Positions 9,048-18,567 of a DNA stretch of 64,000 bases are shown here, one piece after another. The DNA comes from a virus. Numbering within the stretch: position 1 is the first letter of the stretch; each line of letters begins with the position of its first letter. The position numbers and the translations under genes were made by a program. The notes beneath the pieces are model-generated. The model was not told the DNA's origin. It saw only the letters and a program-made list of their open reading frames with translations, and did not search any database. The DNA is taken from the IMG/VR virus record IMGVR_UViG_3300045988_101835. One strand, written 5' to 3'.

Positions 9048-9968
9048 ATGAGTTCTCTGATCTTACGTGTTGGTTCCTTGGAGTTTACGCCTACGAGTTG
9101 GAGTTTCGAGGAGAGTGTTTGGAAGTACTGCCCTGAGTTACGGTTCACGCTTCGTTCTGCTTTGCCTAGTGACGTTTTCACGTTTGGGGACAGCGACGTT
9201 TCATGGGTTGTTATTTCGTGCGTGGGGTCTGGGGACGATAAGTATGACTACGTATGCTATCCTAAGAGCTTCTGGGATCAGTGTAACGTTGTTAGCGACT
9301 GCGTTAATGGTGATTACACGTTGCCGGAGTTGTGTAGTGTTCTGGGTCTTCCTTTTTATAATGGTCATAGTGGTAGTAGCTTTTCGCGCTTCCGCTGGGT
9401 TCTGCCACGTCTTCGTGGTATTAAGTTGCTTGATGCCTTGACGCTTGGGGGCGCCTGCCTCGGTGGTGGTTGTAGTACTTTGCATTACGACGCTTCTGGG
9501 GGTTATATTTTTAACGATCTGTTATTGTGGAGTTCTAGTGATCTTAGTAGCAGTAGATTTAGCTTTTTAGGCCGAGGTGGTAGTCCTAGTCTTGACCGTG
9601 GTTGGCAGACGGATGTTCCGGGGGTTGTTGACTTTTACTTCGATGGTGATGGTGGCGTTGGTTCGCTTCGTCGTGAGCTTTTTCGTGGTGGGAGCGGCGT
9701 TGGCGGCTTTCATCTGTATATGAGTAATGACAGCGTTTGTGAGCGTCGCGTTTGGGAGAGCCGTAATCGTTTCTGGCGTTCCTTCTTCCGTGGTAGCTTG
9801 GTCCAGTTTAGCGGTGTCCAGATTGTCGGGGGTTATATCGGTGCTGGGTGCTTATGTCGCCATATGGACGCCGTAGGGGAATCGGGCCGTGGTTACATCT
9901 GCTGTGGTTATCGTACTGCTTATAGTGGTTCTGTTCAGGATATAACGCTGGATTGCGTTTTGGTTTGA
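9048..9968 (+). CDS. Baseplate hub-like protein (gpD / Mu P position)
   Basis: 306 aa between the gpX-like and gpV-like genes. The call rests on position only. Confidence 0.35.
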   Translation: MSSLILRVGSLEFTPTSWSFEESVWKYCPELRFTLRSALPSDVFTFGDSDVSWVVISCVGSGDDKYDYVCYPKSFWDQCNVVSDCVNGDYTLPELCSVLGLPFYNGHSGSSFSRFRWVLPRLRGIKLLDALTLGGACLGGGCSTLHYDASGGYIFNDLLLWSSSDLSSSRFSFLGRGGSPSLDRGWQTDVPGVVDFYFDGDGGVGSLRRELFRGGSGVGGFHLYMSNDSVCERRVWESRNRFWRSFFRGSLVQFSGVQIVGGYIGAGCLCRHMDAVGESGRGYICCGYRTAYSGSVQDITLDCVLV

Positions 9969-10018
9969 TTTGTCCTTCGTTGTAGGTTTGTGAGTTGTTC
10001 TCCTTATTTGTTGTAGGG

Positions 10019-10552
10019 ATGTTGATAAAGGCTTTGGTTGTAGGCGGTAGTTCTAGTGATCCGTCTGGTGAGGGTCGTGTTGAGCTACGGAGTTCTAATG
10101 TCTGGGATCGGAGTTTGCGTATTCCGGTTGTGGGTAATGCGCCTTTGAATGAGGGTGACGTTGTCTTTGTCGATGTTAGTAATGGCTACGACAGTCCTTT
10201 GGTTCTGGGTCGTAGCCGTGACGGTTCATGGAGTACGCATGCTACGGATTCTGCTTCGGGTTATAACGTTCTGTGGGAGAGTGTGAGTAGTGATGGTTCT
10301 ACATGGGGTGTTGCGTACACTGTAGGTTCCTCGTTTGTTTATGAGAATAGCAGTGGTTTTGTTTTTCGGAGCACGGATGGTAATGTTGTAGTGCACGATG
10401 GTTCTAATCGTGGCGTTGTTAACATTGCGTCTTTGGAGTCCTTCATGCAGGCGGTATTGAAGGATTTGGTTGCAGTTGGTAGTGGTACCAATACGGTTTC
10501 TTACTTTGGCAAGGAGTACTACGAGTTGGAGGATAAGACGTTCACGCATTAA
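10019..10552 (+). CDS. Baseplate spike, gpV-like OB-fold protein
   Basis: RIPVVGNAPLNEGDVVFVDVSNGYDSPLVLG matches the gpV/gp5 N-terminal signature. The ATG at 10019 is preferred over the TTG at 9995. Confidence 0.55.
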   Translation: MLIKALVVGGSSSDPSGEGRVELRSSNVWDRSLRIPVVGNAPLNEGDVVFVDVSNGYDSPLVLGRSRDGSWSTHATDSASGYNVLWESVSSDGSTWGVAYTVGSSFVYENSSGFVFRSTDGNVVVHDGSNRGVVNIASLESFMQAVLKDLVAVGSGTNTVSYFGKEYYELEDKTFTH

Positions 10553-10564
10553 TTGGGGGTGATT

Positions 10565-11116
10565 ATGGCAGTTCCTTTTGGTTTGGATGTTGATGTTTGT
10601 ATCGACGCTAAGTATTCGGCGTCTTTGGATAAGTCGGAGGAGAGTGTTCCGGACGATCCTGCGGAGGGTAAGCGTCGTCGTTCTGCGCTGCGCGAGATGA
10701 TCAAGGACGCGGCGAAGGATTACATTAATCGCAAGTTGGATAAGCTTGACTCACAGTGGGAGAAGTTAGGCGACTCTCTCTCTAAGGTTAAATCCTCCGC
10801 GGAGACGGTTTTGACGGGTTCTGCGACGGGTACCGCGACGGAGGCTGCGGGTACCGCTTTGACGGGTCCTCCGACTACTCCGGCTTCTCCAGCAGGTGCG
10901 GGTATTAAGCTTGCGGGCAGTGGTCTTCGTCAGGCTGCTTCGGGTGCTAAGGACTCTTTGGGTGCCGCCTTGAATGATGCCTCGGTCTTGCTTGGTGACT
11001 GCCGTGACTTGTGCGACGAGCTTGGGGTTACGCAGTTGCCTGCCGTGTCTAATGGTCTAGCTACTATTGAGAATCCTATTAATGTCGCCGCAGCGGTGAT
11101 CTCCGCCATTCCTTGA
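10565..11116 (+). CDS. Hypothetical Ala/Gly/Thr-rich baseplate-module protein
   Basis: ATG at 10565 within ORF 10553..11116. Confidence 0.5.
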   Translation: MAVPFGLDVDVCIDAKYSASLDKSEESVPDDPAEGKRRRSALREMIKDAAKDYINRKLDKLDSQWEKLGDSLSKVKSSAETVLTGSATGTATEAAGTALTGPPTTPASPAGAGIKLAGSGLRQAASGAKDSLGAALNDASVLLGDCRDLCDELGVTQLPAVSNGLATIENPINVAAAVISAIP

Positions 11117-11139
11117 GGGGTTTACGGTTTTCTGGTCTA

Positions 11140-11178
11140 AGCCTTCGCGGTCCTGTTGTGATGCTGCGGGGGCTTTTT
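11140..11178 (+). terminator. Hairpin plus T-run terminator
   Basis: AGCCTTCGCGG pairs with CTGCGGGGGCT (11 bp including G-U pairs), followed by TTTTTGGTTTT. Confidence 0.45.
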
Positions 11179-11186
11179 GGTTTTGT

Positions 11187-11200
11187 GCAATTATATATCC
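11187..11200 (+). promoter_or_regulatory. Late-gene motif GCAATTATATATCC
   Basis: Exact copy, 16 nt upstream of the ATG at 11217. Confidence 0.45.
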
Positions 11201-11216
11201 CATAAATCGATGCTTC

Positions 11217-11531
11217 ATGGATTTTCCGTTGGTTTTGTCGGACACTTCTACGTTGAGTTTCGTCTATGGTTATGACGAGCTTAAGCAGGCTTTGTACTTG
11301 CTGTTGAAGACGTGGTATGGTCGCTTTCTGCAGAGTCCTGTTATAGGTTCCCGTGTTTCGCCGCACGTTGTCGAGGAGCTTACGTTGCGTGCGGGTATTT
11401 CGGCTACGATCACGCAGTTGCGTGGTTGTACTTGTGAGGACGTCCGTGTTAGTGGTGATAACGTTGTTGTCCGTGTTTCCTACGGTGGTCGCCTTGATGA
11501 TTTTGAGTATTCGCTGAGTTCGTTTAACTAA
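11217..11531 (+). CDS. Baseplate wedge protein, gp25/gpW-like
   Basis: 104 aa. LKQALYLLLKTWYGRFLQSPVIGSRV fits the gpW/gp25 pattern (..iL.T..GeR...p.fGs). Confidence 0.55.
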   Translation: MDFPLVLSDTSTLSFVYGYDELKQALYLLLKTWYGRFLQSPVIGSRVSPHVVEELTLRAGISATITQLRGCTCEDVRVSGDNVVVRVSYGGRLDDFEYSLSSFN

Positions 11532-11545
11532 TTGTCTATAATTGC

Positions 11546-14278
11546 ATGGCTCGTCCTATAGAGGAGATATATAATTCGCTTGTATCGAAGGTTTCGTCGC
11601 AGAGTGGTTCTTCGTGGTCTTCGTTGAAGGACAGTATGGTTGGCAAGGAGCTTTTGTGGTTCGGTGCTAACATTGAGTCGGATGCTGAGGTTCTGAGTGA
11701 TGCTGTTAATGGTGTTGTATCGCTTGCCCGGTATAGTGCCGATCAGCTTATCTCGTATGCTTACACGCAGGATGTTCCTTTGGACTTGAGCCGTCCGTCG
11801 TCGGTTAAGGTTGGGTTCCGTGGTCTTCCGGGCGGTCGTGCGGTTGTGTGTGCGCCTTTCCAGTTGTGCCTTACGATTGGGACGCTTTCGTTCTATAATA
11901 TCGAGTACTGCCGCACGGATTCGGAGGTTACTCTTTATCAGGGTATCCCTATGCAGATGCTTTCGGGTTCGTCTATGGTCCTTCCTTTTACGGTTCCGGG
12001 AAACCGTGTTACGCCGTGGAAGTTGTACTTGGAGCTTCAGTCGGGTTCTTTCCAGAGCAGTTACGTTAAGTTGGGTTCGGATGTTCTGTCTTCCAGTGTC
12101 TGGGTTTTCGCTCAGGCCCAGAGTAGCTCTACGAGTGACGTTGTGAGTCCGGTCTTTCCTTATACGAGTTATAATGCGTCTTTGTCGTCTCCGCAGGCTA
12201 AGTTGTACAAGGTCCGTGCCTTGTGGGATTATACGACGTGCGTTCTGTTCGGTGATAGTAACTGGGCGCAGCCTGTTTTGCCGTCGCAGTATAATTATAC
12301 GGTTGTTTGGCTTCAGGGGACCTATAATAGGTTCACTGTATCTTCGGGCAGTCGCCTTGAGGTTACGACGCCGAGTTATACGGGTTCTTTGCCGCTTTTG
12401 TCGTCTTCGGACTCCACGGATCTTGGGTTCTATGTTTCGTCGTCACAGGATGGCGAGACGCAGTCGTTATCATATGCCCGCAATTACCTTCTTAGTGAGG
12501 TTTTCAAGAATTCGGGTATTGTCACAGAGTCCCAGATTCGTAATTTCGTATTGAGCTTTCCTAGTGTCCAGAGTTGCTGGCTTGATGTTTCTCCGGGAGT
12601 TATTTCCATTTATGTTAAGCCCACGCATGAGGGCGATAGTGCCTTTGAGTTCTTGACGGATTACTTGTATCAGTACGGGGTTCCGGGTCCTAAGTATAGC
12701 ACTAGTGTCTCCCAGCCGTTGCTGTTCACGGTTGTTCTGCATGATGTTAGTAGTGCTGGTTCGAGCCAGCTTCCACGTGCTATGTCTTTGCTTCGTGAGT
12801 TGTACTCGTACGATAATGTCACGTTGTCGACACAGGTTTCGAGTGCTTTGATCCAGCAGGAGCTTACGTTGCAGGGTATCTCGGGTATTACGGCTACGAT
12901 TCGTGCCATTGAGGAGCTTACGGAGGAGGTTTCGAACTCTTTGGTTCTGCGGTCTTTGCCGTCGGAGGGTACTATTGTGCTGTACGACGCTTCGGGGCTT
13001 GTTTTGGGCTTTGACTCTACGGGCCGCTTTAAGGAGTATGTGATCTTAGATTCCGGCCTTAGTAACGCCTTGAACGCTGCCGATGTTTCGATGTCGGGTT
13101 TGGGTGATTACGTTTGGCTTGGCGGGGGCAGCGTAAGTTACTTGGTATCGCTGGATGATGGGCGCCTTCTTCTTTCGGACTCGTCTGTAGCGCTTCCGCC
13201 TTTGTCGGCATCTTTTGCTCCTTATGGTAGTGGCTTGTACGCTATGTGGTATGATGGGGTCGATAATGGTACGGATGCTAAGCTTGTTCGTTTGTATCAG
13301 GATTCGAGTGTTTTCCATTCGGGTAAGTATTCTATCTTCTCTCATCCGTCGTATGTTACTCCGCTTTCTAACGGTGTCGGGGGTGTTGACTTCGTAGTTC
13401 GTCCCGATTCGTCGTTTACGGTTAACGGTGTTCTTGGTGTTAGTGGTTCGGGGCCGTCTTCGGATAGCCTTATTTGCTCTGTCACCTCTACTCAGAGTGT
13501 TACGGTCGGTGAGTCTACTTATTATCCTAGTGGTCTTGCTCGCTACCGCCGCACGGGCAGCAATTATTACTATGACTTGACGTTGTTGTTGTCTGCTACT
13601 CCTGCATCTTATGTGAATGCTTCGGCTTTTTATAATGGGGTATGGTATATGCCTTTGACGGATATGTCTTCGTCGGAGGCGGGTCTTACGGGCTTTGACA
13701 TCTATGCTCCAGATGGGTCTTCTATTGGTGACGGTAGTTCCAACTGGTCTAAGAGCCTTAGCTTGACTATGCTTAATGCAGGTGTTGGGTCTTTGGAGGG
13801 TGCTACACCTTTGTCGCTTCGTGTTGTTGATCCGTCTACGATGTATGCGTTGTATACACGTGGTTCGGGTGACAGTTTGAAGTACTACTTCGGTGTTGTT
13901 TACTTCGTCATTTCCGTTTCGGAGTCTTCGGAGTTCCGTTACAGATTGATCTCGGAGGTTGAGTTCGGTGCTTCGGCTTACCCGTCTTCTATTTTGTCTG
14001 CTTCGAGTGGTTTGGTCACGCTTGGCGGCTTAGTTAACGGCAGTCGTCTTTTCTGGTCGGGTTCTGCTTCGAGCATTACGGCTTCAGGTTATTCGACACT
14101 TGGTGCTGGCTTGAGTTCGAGTTTGGTTTTGTCTACGGTAGGTAGTGTTGACTATTCGACGGGTACGATCTACGGCTTGGTTGGCGGTGGTCTTGGTGAG
14201 TACGTGGAGTACGAGATTGCTTCCACGCTTACGGGCGGTGCTACTTATCCTTTGTTGTCGGACGTTGTTGTAGATTAG
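11546..14278 (+). CDS. Baseplate J-like protein with long C-terminal extension
   Basis: Lies immediately after the gpW-like gene. The N-terminal 100 aa resemble the baseplate_J family. 910 aa. Confidence 0.5.
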   Translation: MARPIEEIYNSLVSKVSSQSGSSWSSLKDSMVGKELLWFGANIESDAEVLSDAVNGVVSLARYSADQLISYAYTQDVPLDLSRPSSVKVGFRGLPGGRAVVCAPFQLCLTIGTLSFYNIEYCRTDSEVTLYQGIPMQMLSGSSMVLPFTVPGNRVTPWKLYLELQSGSFQSSYVKLGSDVLSSSVWVFAQAQSSSTSDVVSPVFPYTSYNASLSSPQAKLYKVRALWDYTTCVLFGDSNWAQPVLPSQYNYTVVWLQGTYNRFTVSSGSRLEVTTPSYTGSLPLLSSSDSTDLGFYVSSSQDGETQSLSYARNYLLSEVFKNSGIVTESQIRNFVLSFPSVQSCWLDVSPGVISIYVKPTHEGDSAFEFLTDYLYQYGVPGPKYSTSVSQPLLFTVVLHDVSSAGSSQLPRAMSLLRELYSYDNVTLSTQVSSALIQQELTLQGISGITATIRAIEELTEEVSNSLVLRSLPSEGTIVLYDASGLVLGFDSTGRFKEYVILDSGLSNALNAADVSMSGLGDYVWLGGGSVSYLVSLDDGRLLLSDSSVALPPLSASFAPYGSGLYAMWYDGVDNGTDAKLVRLYQDSSVFHSGKYSIFSHPSYVTPLSNGVGGVDFVVRPDSSFTVNGVLGVSGSGPSSDSLICSVTSTQSVTVGESTYYPSGLARYRRTGSNYYYDLTLLLSATPASYVNASAFYNGVWYMPLTDMSSSEAGLTGFDIYAPDGSSIGDGSSNWSKSLSLTMLNAGVGSLEGATPLSLRVVDPSTMYALYTRGSGDSLKYYFGVVYFVISVSESSEFRYRLISEVEFGASAYPSSILSASSGLVTLGGLVNGSRLFWSGSASSITASGYSTLGAGLSSSLVLSTVGSVDYSTGTIYGLVGGGLGEYVEYEIASTLTGGATYPLLSDVVVD

Positions 14279-14284
14279 AGTGTC

Positions 14285-16246
14285 ATGACTTTAGATGCTG
14301 TTCGTGAGGTTTTCCGGAGTTACTTTTTGGAGGAGCTTAGGGTTGATCCGGGTTGGGATGAGTTCTTGGATCTCATCCTTTCGAACATGGACCTTCGTGC
14401 TCTGGACTTCATGCAGTCTAATGGGGTTCCTTATAGTATTGCTTTTAATGATTTTGGGGATCTGTTTAAGACGTCGGGTCCTTTCGTCGAGGTTCTACAT
14501 GTTTCCGGTTCATCACGTTCTTCTGAGGGTTATACTTTGTTGGGCTTCAACATGCCGCTTCGGTATAAGTTTCTATCGGAGTCGGGCCTGACTACGACAG
14601 ACCTTCAGTGGTTTGACTTTACGGCTGCTTCTCTGATGTCGCGTCCTCAGTCTGTGAGCTATTATACGAGTACAGATTTGGATGCCGCCCCTCAGTGGTT
14701 GCTTCGTCCGTCTTGCTATTACTATGTTCCCCAGACGGAGGAGGAGGCTGTGTCGCTGGATACGCTTCAGGGTCTTTCTGTTCTTGTCGATCCGGTTGTT
14801 CCTATTACATGGTCGGAGCGTGTTGACTTGTTTACGTATGCGGATGGTAAGCCTTGCTGCTTCTTTGTCAAGATATGGGATTATGTCCATGATGAATCCG
14901 GGGCTATTTTGCGCGATGCTGTGTCTGGGGAGTACTTCCCTACCATTCCTGCATTACAGCTCGCCACAGTGCCCGAAACGCTTAATGGTGCTGAGATTTT
15001 GAATGCCCGCCGACGGTCGGGTGCTGGGACTTCTCTGTATGGCACTTCTCCGTATGCGTCTGCTCTGTTTGGTGCTCTGTTTGGCTTGGGTTTGAACTAC
15101 GCGGAGGTTCCGTTTCGTATTTACTTGGCGAGTGATGACCGTTTAGGTACTCCTACGGCGTCTTATTCGTCGTTCGTTGAGTTCTGGCAGGTTCTGGATG
15201 CACTTCATGACTTCTTGCCGCGGTCTGTGTTTTTGAATCCGGAGGTTGTGGGTTTGGTTTCGGCGGAGGATACACGTGTTGATGCTGTTCGTGATTATTG
15301 GGGTACGGGTGATAGTATTGTTTCGTCTTTCTCCACTAAGGATCGTCTTCGTCGCATAGCTACTCGTTATGGTAGTATTCTTGGCTATGACAAGAAGCTT
15401 TGGGTTGTAGGGTCTAATGCTCCTTTCTCGGATTTGAACTTCTTGGGTCATGACGGGGGTGACGCTTCTGCGCCTTATATCAACACGCTGCCTACGGATA
15501 TGTACTTTACGCAGTATGGTTCGTCGGCGTCGGCTCCGGGTGGGAGCGTTCGTGTTTTCTCGGATGTTGCTGCATGGGAGGCATATGTTTACAACACTTC
15601 CGATCCTATTTACATTAGTCCGGTTACCATTAGGCTTGATTTGTCGTCATGGTCGGGTAAGCTTTTGGTTTCGCCTACCGATGGTTCTGGGGTTACGGAT
15701 TACCTTGTTACTCCGGATTCTCGTCTTGGTGAGCCAGTTTACGGCATCACTAAGAACTATGTTGACATGTCGATTCCGGATGGTTTTATCAACCGTTTAG
15801 TTCTGTCTTTTGGTGTTTCGGAGGATACTTTCATTGCTAGTCAGTTCGGCGGAGATAGTGCTGCTGCGTCCGCTTTTCTTTCTAGGCTTCAGTCTTTGCT
15901 TGAGGGTGCGGTTCCAGCCGGGGTTTCGGTTCAGGTTCTTTTTGGCACAGATGCCCATCCCGTTACTCTCCGCTTTGCTATGGAGGTTGGTACTCCGGAT
16001 TTCTTTATACGTGTTAGTCCTAGTGTTGTGACGAGTTCCGGCTCGGAGTCTTTCTCGTCTTCGGTTAGTGTTGAGTCCAATACTGCATGGCATGTGACGT
16101 CTCGCGTTGCGCCTTACATTCGTGTTGGTGCGAATGAGTATGAGACTTCGAGTTCTTACACTGTAGAGCTGGATCCTACGTCGGGGAGTCCTGCTTCGGT
16201 TTATGTTGCCACCAATTCGACGGTAGTAGTTAACGGTTCGGTTTAG
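14285..16246 (+). CDS. Baseplate/tail-fibre protein
   Basis: 653-aa ORF following the J-like gene (gpI/fibre position). Confidence 0.45.
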   Translation: MTLDAVREVFRSYFLEELRVDPGWDEFLDLILSNMDLRALDFMQSNGVPYSIAFNDFGDLFKTSGPFVEVLHVSGSSRSSEGYTLLGFNMPLRYKFLSESGLTTTDLQWFDFTAASLMSRPQSVSYYTSTDLDAAPQWLLRPSCYYYVPQTEEEAVSLDTLQGLSVLVDPVVPITWSERVDLFTYADGKPCCFFVKIWDYVHDESGAILRDAVSGEYFPTIPALQLATVPETLNGAEILNARRRSGAGTSLYGTSPYASALFGALFGLGLNYAEVPFRIYLASDDRLGTPTASYSSFVEFWQVLDALHDFLPRSVFLNPEVVGLVSAEDTRVDAVRDYWGTGDSIVSSFSTKDRLRRIATRYGSILGYDKKLWVVGSNAPFSDLNFLGHDGGDASAPYINTLPTDMYFTQYGSSASAPGGSVRVFSDVAAWEAYVYNTSDPIYISPVTIRLDLSSWSGKLLVSPTDGSGVTDYLVTPDSRLGEPVYGITKNYVDMSIPDGFINRLVLSFGVSEDTFIASQFGGDSAAASAFLSRLQSLLEGAVPAGVSVQVLFGTDAHPVTLRFAMEVGTPDFFIRVSPSVVTSSGSESFSSSVSVESNTAWHVTSRVAPYIRVGANEYETSSSYTVELDPTSGSPASVYVATNSTVVVNGSV

Positions 16247-16259
16247 TATTGTAGGTATC

Positions 16260-16844
16260 ATGATAGTTTCTAGTTCTTTGCGTGCCGCGGGCACCACGTC
16301 GGTTGTTACGGAGGATGTTGTGGGGATCTTGTCGCGTCTTATGCTTTTGCCGTCTTCGGATGATACTCGCAAGTTGTCGGACTATGCGGTTACGAATGTT
16401 CTTTACTTCAAGAAGGACATTCTGTCTACTGCTTCGTCTCTGCTTCGTGGTGCTGCGGGTCTAACCTTTTCGGATGTCCAGCCGCATGTTCTGTACTGCG
16501 ACTCTTTAGCATCGGGCTTAGTTGTTTCTCAGCCGGAGCTTATTAACGAGGAGGGTATCGTTGGTTATCATACTGTTGTTACGTCCACTCTTGCCGCCGA
16601 TATTCCTGTAGTAGATGATGGTCTTATTTACGGCATGGGTTTGCTTCTTGGTGGCAATACGGATAACCATAGTGCTAATTCGCAGCCTGCGAATCCGTCT
16701 TTCTATTATGGTGCGGGGACGTATGACGACATGCGTAATTACCTTTTTGTTGTTACATTGTTTTCGGCGGATTCTCCCATTTCGAAGGAGGCGGATAAGG
16801 TTCTGACTCAGTCTTGGGATGTTCATTATATCTGTGAGCTTTAG
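16260..16844 (+). CDS. Hypothetical protein (end of tail module)
   Basis: 194-aa ORF, tightly packed with its neighbours. Confidence 0.5.
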   Translation: MIVSSSLRAAGTTSVVTEDVVGILSRLMLLPSSDDTRKLSDYAVTNVLYFKKDILSTASSLLRGAAGLTFSDVQPHVLYCDSLASGLVVSQPELINEEGIVGYHTVVTSTLAADIPVVDDGLIYGMGLLLGGNTDNHSANSQPANPSFYYGAGTYDDMRNYLFVVTLFSADSPISKEADKVLTQSWDVHYICEL

Positions 16845-16901
16845 TGCTGGCTTCTTGGTTGGTACGTTTATGGAGGACATGGCTTCGGTCATGTCTTTTC
16901 T

Positions 16902-18533
16902 TTGTGTGTTATGGGTAGGTTTTTTAAAGACGGTTTTCAGTTATTTCCGGAGCAGATTGAATTGGCTAAGGGTCTTTCTAGCCGTAAGCGTGCTATCCTG
17001 ATCGACAGTACGGGTAACGGCAAGACGCTTGTATGTTTATATTCCTACAGTTACTTGAAGTCGAAGGGTTTAGCAGATTGTCTTTTGGTTCTCACGCCTA
17101 AGAATGCTTATGACAAGCGGGTCTGGGCGAAGGATGCTGCGGCTCATACTCATTTGACGTCCATTTCTTTGGATGACTTCATCAAGAAGGTTTCTGGTGG
17201 TGCTGACGTTCTGGAGCTTCTGAATAGCTATGATGTTGTTTACGGCAAGCATACTCATTGCAAGACGGATTACGGTGTCCTTCGTCAGATTTATATGTCT
17301 TCTTGTAAGTTGGTTACGGTTCTTGATGAGGTCCATGCCTTCAAGAATTCGAAGGCTCAGCTTACTTCCACTATGAGTTTGCTTGTTAAGAACTGCTATG
17401 CGTTGTGGGGTGTTACTGCCACGGTGCTGAGTAAGAACTGCATGGATACCTACCATTTGGTTAACTTCGTCTATCCTCGGTTTTTCACGTCGGTTCGTGG
17501 GTTCCAGAGCCAGTTCTGTAAGGTCGAGGAGAAGGTCATTGGTCGCAATCCGGATAAGACTCTACGCAAGGCTCGTATCATTACGGATTATAAGGATAGC
17601 GCTGCTTTGATGGACTATCTACGTCCGGTTATGATTGTCGGCACGCCACCTGTTCCTTTAGATATTCACTTCATTGATTACACGATGTCGGCTTCTGAGC
17701 AGGACTTGTACGCTAAGGTTGCTAATGGTTTGATGTTGTCGGGCGAGAGTGATGACGCCACTTGGATTCAGCAGGTTGTGTCGCGTTCTGAGATTCGTGA
17801 GGGTGCCGTCCGGTCGGTCAAGGACTTGGAGCGTCATAGTTCTCGTTTTATCTATCTTCAGGCGGTCACGGATGGTTGCTTGAATTCGGATGGTACGTTT
17901 GGTGTTGGAGGTTCTCGCAAGCTGGATTCTTTACTGACGCTGGTCAGTGATATTGCTTCTCGGAACGAGTCGGTTTTGGTTTATTTCGATTTCTATTCGT
18001 CATTGGATGCTGCCATGTATCACCTTCAGCGTTCCGGCATTACGGATTCCCGTGGCAGGTCCATTGTCGTTGTTGAGTCTTCGTCTCGGAATGTCCTTAA
18101 GCCTACACAGGCTACGGAGTCGCAGTGCTTCATGAATAGTTATGTTATTCTGTGTACTCGTGCCGCTTCGGAGTCTGCCAATTACACTTACATTAATAAT
18201 GTCGTATTGTTCGACGTTCCGGTCACGCCTATTCCGTTCCTTCAGTTTATTGGCCGCATTACGCGCAAGACGAGTAAGTTTTTAGGTGATCTTCATTTGT
18301 GGATATTCCGCAGTGATGACATTTCGGAGTATAAGCTTCAGCTTGTAGGCTTCAAGGTTTATATGCAGGAGAAGATCAGCTTTGAGATTCATAATTTCCC
18401 GCGTGAGTATGTTAAGCCGATGTCGGATGCGGAGCACCTTCGAGTTGCAAAGCAGCATCTGCTGTGGAAGGGTCGCAAGCCGCGTCTTACGCGGTCGTCT
18501 CAGATTGTTCCGCAGGGCGGTACTCTCTTTTAG
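16902..18533 (+). CDS. SNF2/DEAD-like superfamily-2 helicase
   Basis: DSTGNGKT (Walker A), LDEVHAF (DEAH-like box), WGVTAT (motif III) and QFIGRITR (motif VI). Confidence 0.7.
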   Translation: MCVMGRFFKDGFQLFPEQIELAKGLSSRKRAILIDSTGNGKTLVCLYSYSYLKSKGLADCLLVLTPKNAYDKRVWAKDAAAHTHLTSISLDDFIKKVSGGADVLELLNSYDVVYGKHTHCKTDYGVLRQIYMSSCKLVTVLDEVHAFKNSKAQLTSTMSLLVKNCYALWGVTATVLSKNCMDTYHLVNFVYPRFFTSVRGFQSQFCKVEEKVIGRNPDKTLRKARIITDYKDSAALMDYLRPVMIVGTPPVPLDIHFIDYTMSASEQDLYAKVANGLMLSGESDDATWIQQVVSRSEIREGAVRSVKDLERHSSRFIYLQAVTDGCLNSDGTFGVGGSRKLDSLLTLVSDIASRNESVLVYFDFYSSLDAAMYHLQRSGITDSRGRSIVVVESSSRNVLKPTQATESQCFMNSYVILCTRAASESANYTYINNVVLFDVPVTPIPFLQFIGRITRKTSKFLGDLHLWIFRSDDISEYKLQLVGFKVYMQEKISFEIHNFPREYVKPMSDAEHLRVAKQHLLWKGRKPRLTRSSQIVPQGGTLF

Positions 18534-18567
18534 TTTTTTTTTTCTGGTGTGTTCTAAACTTAAGACT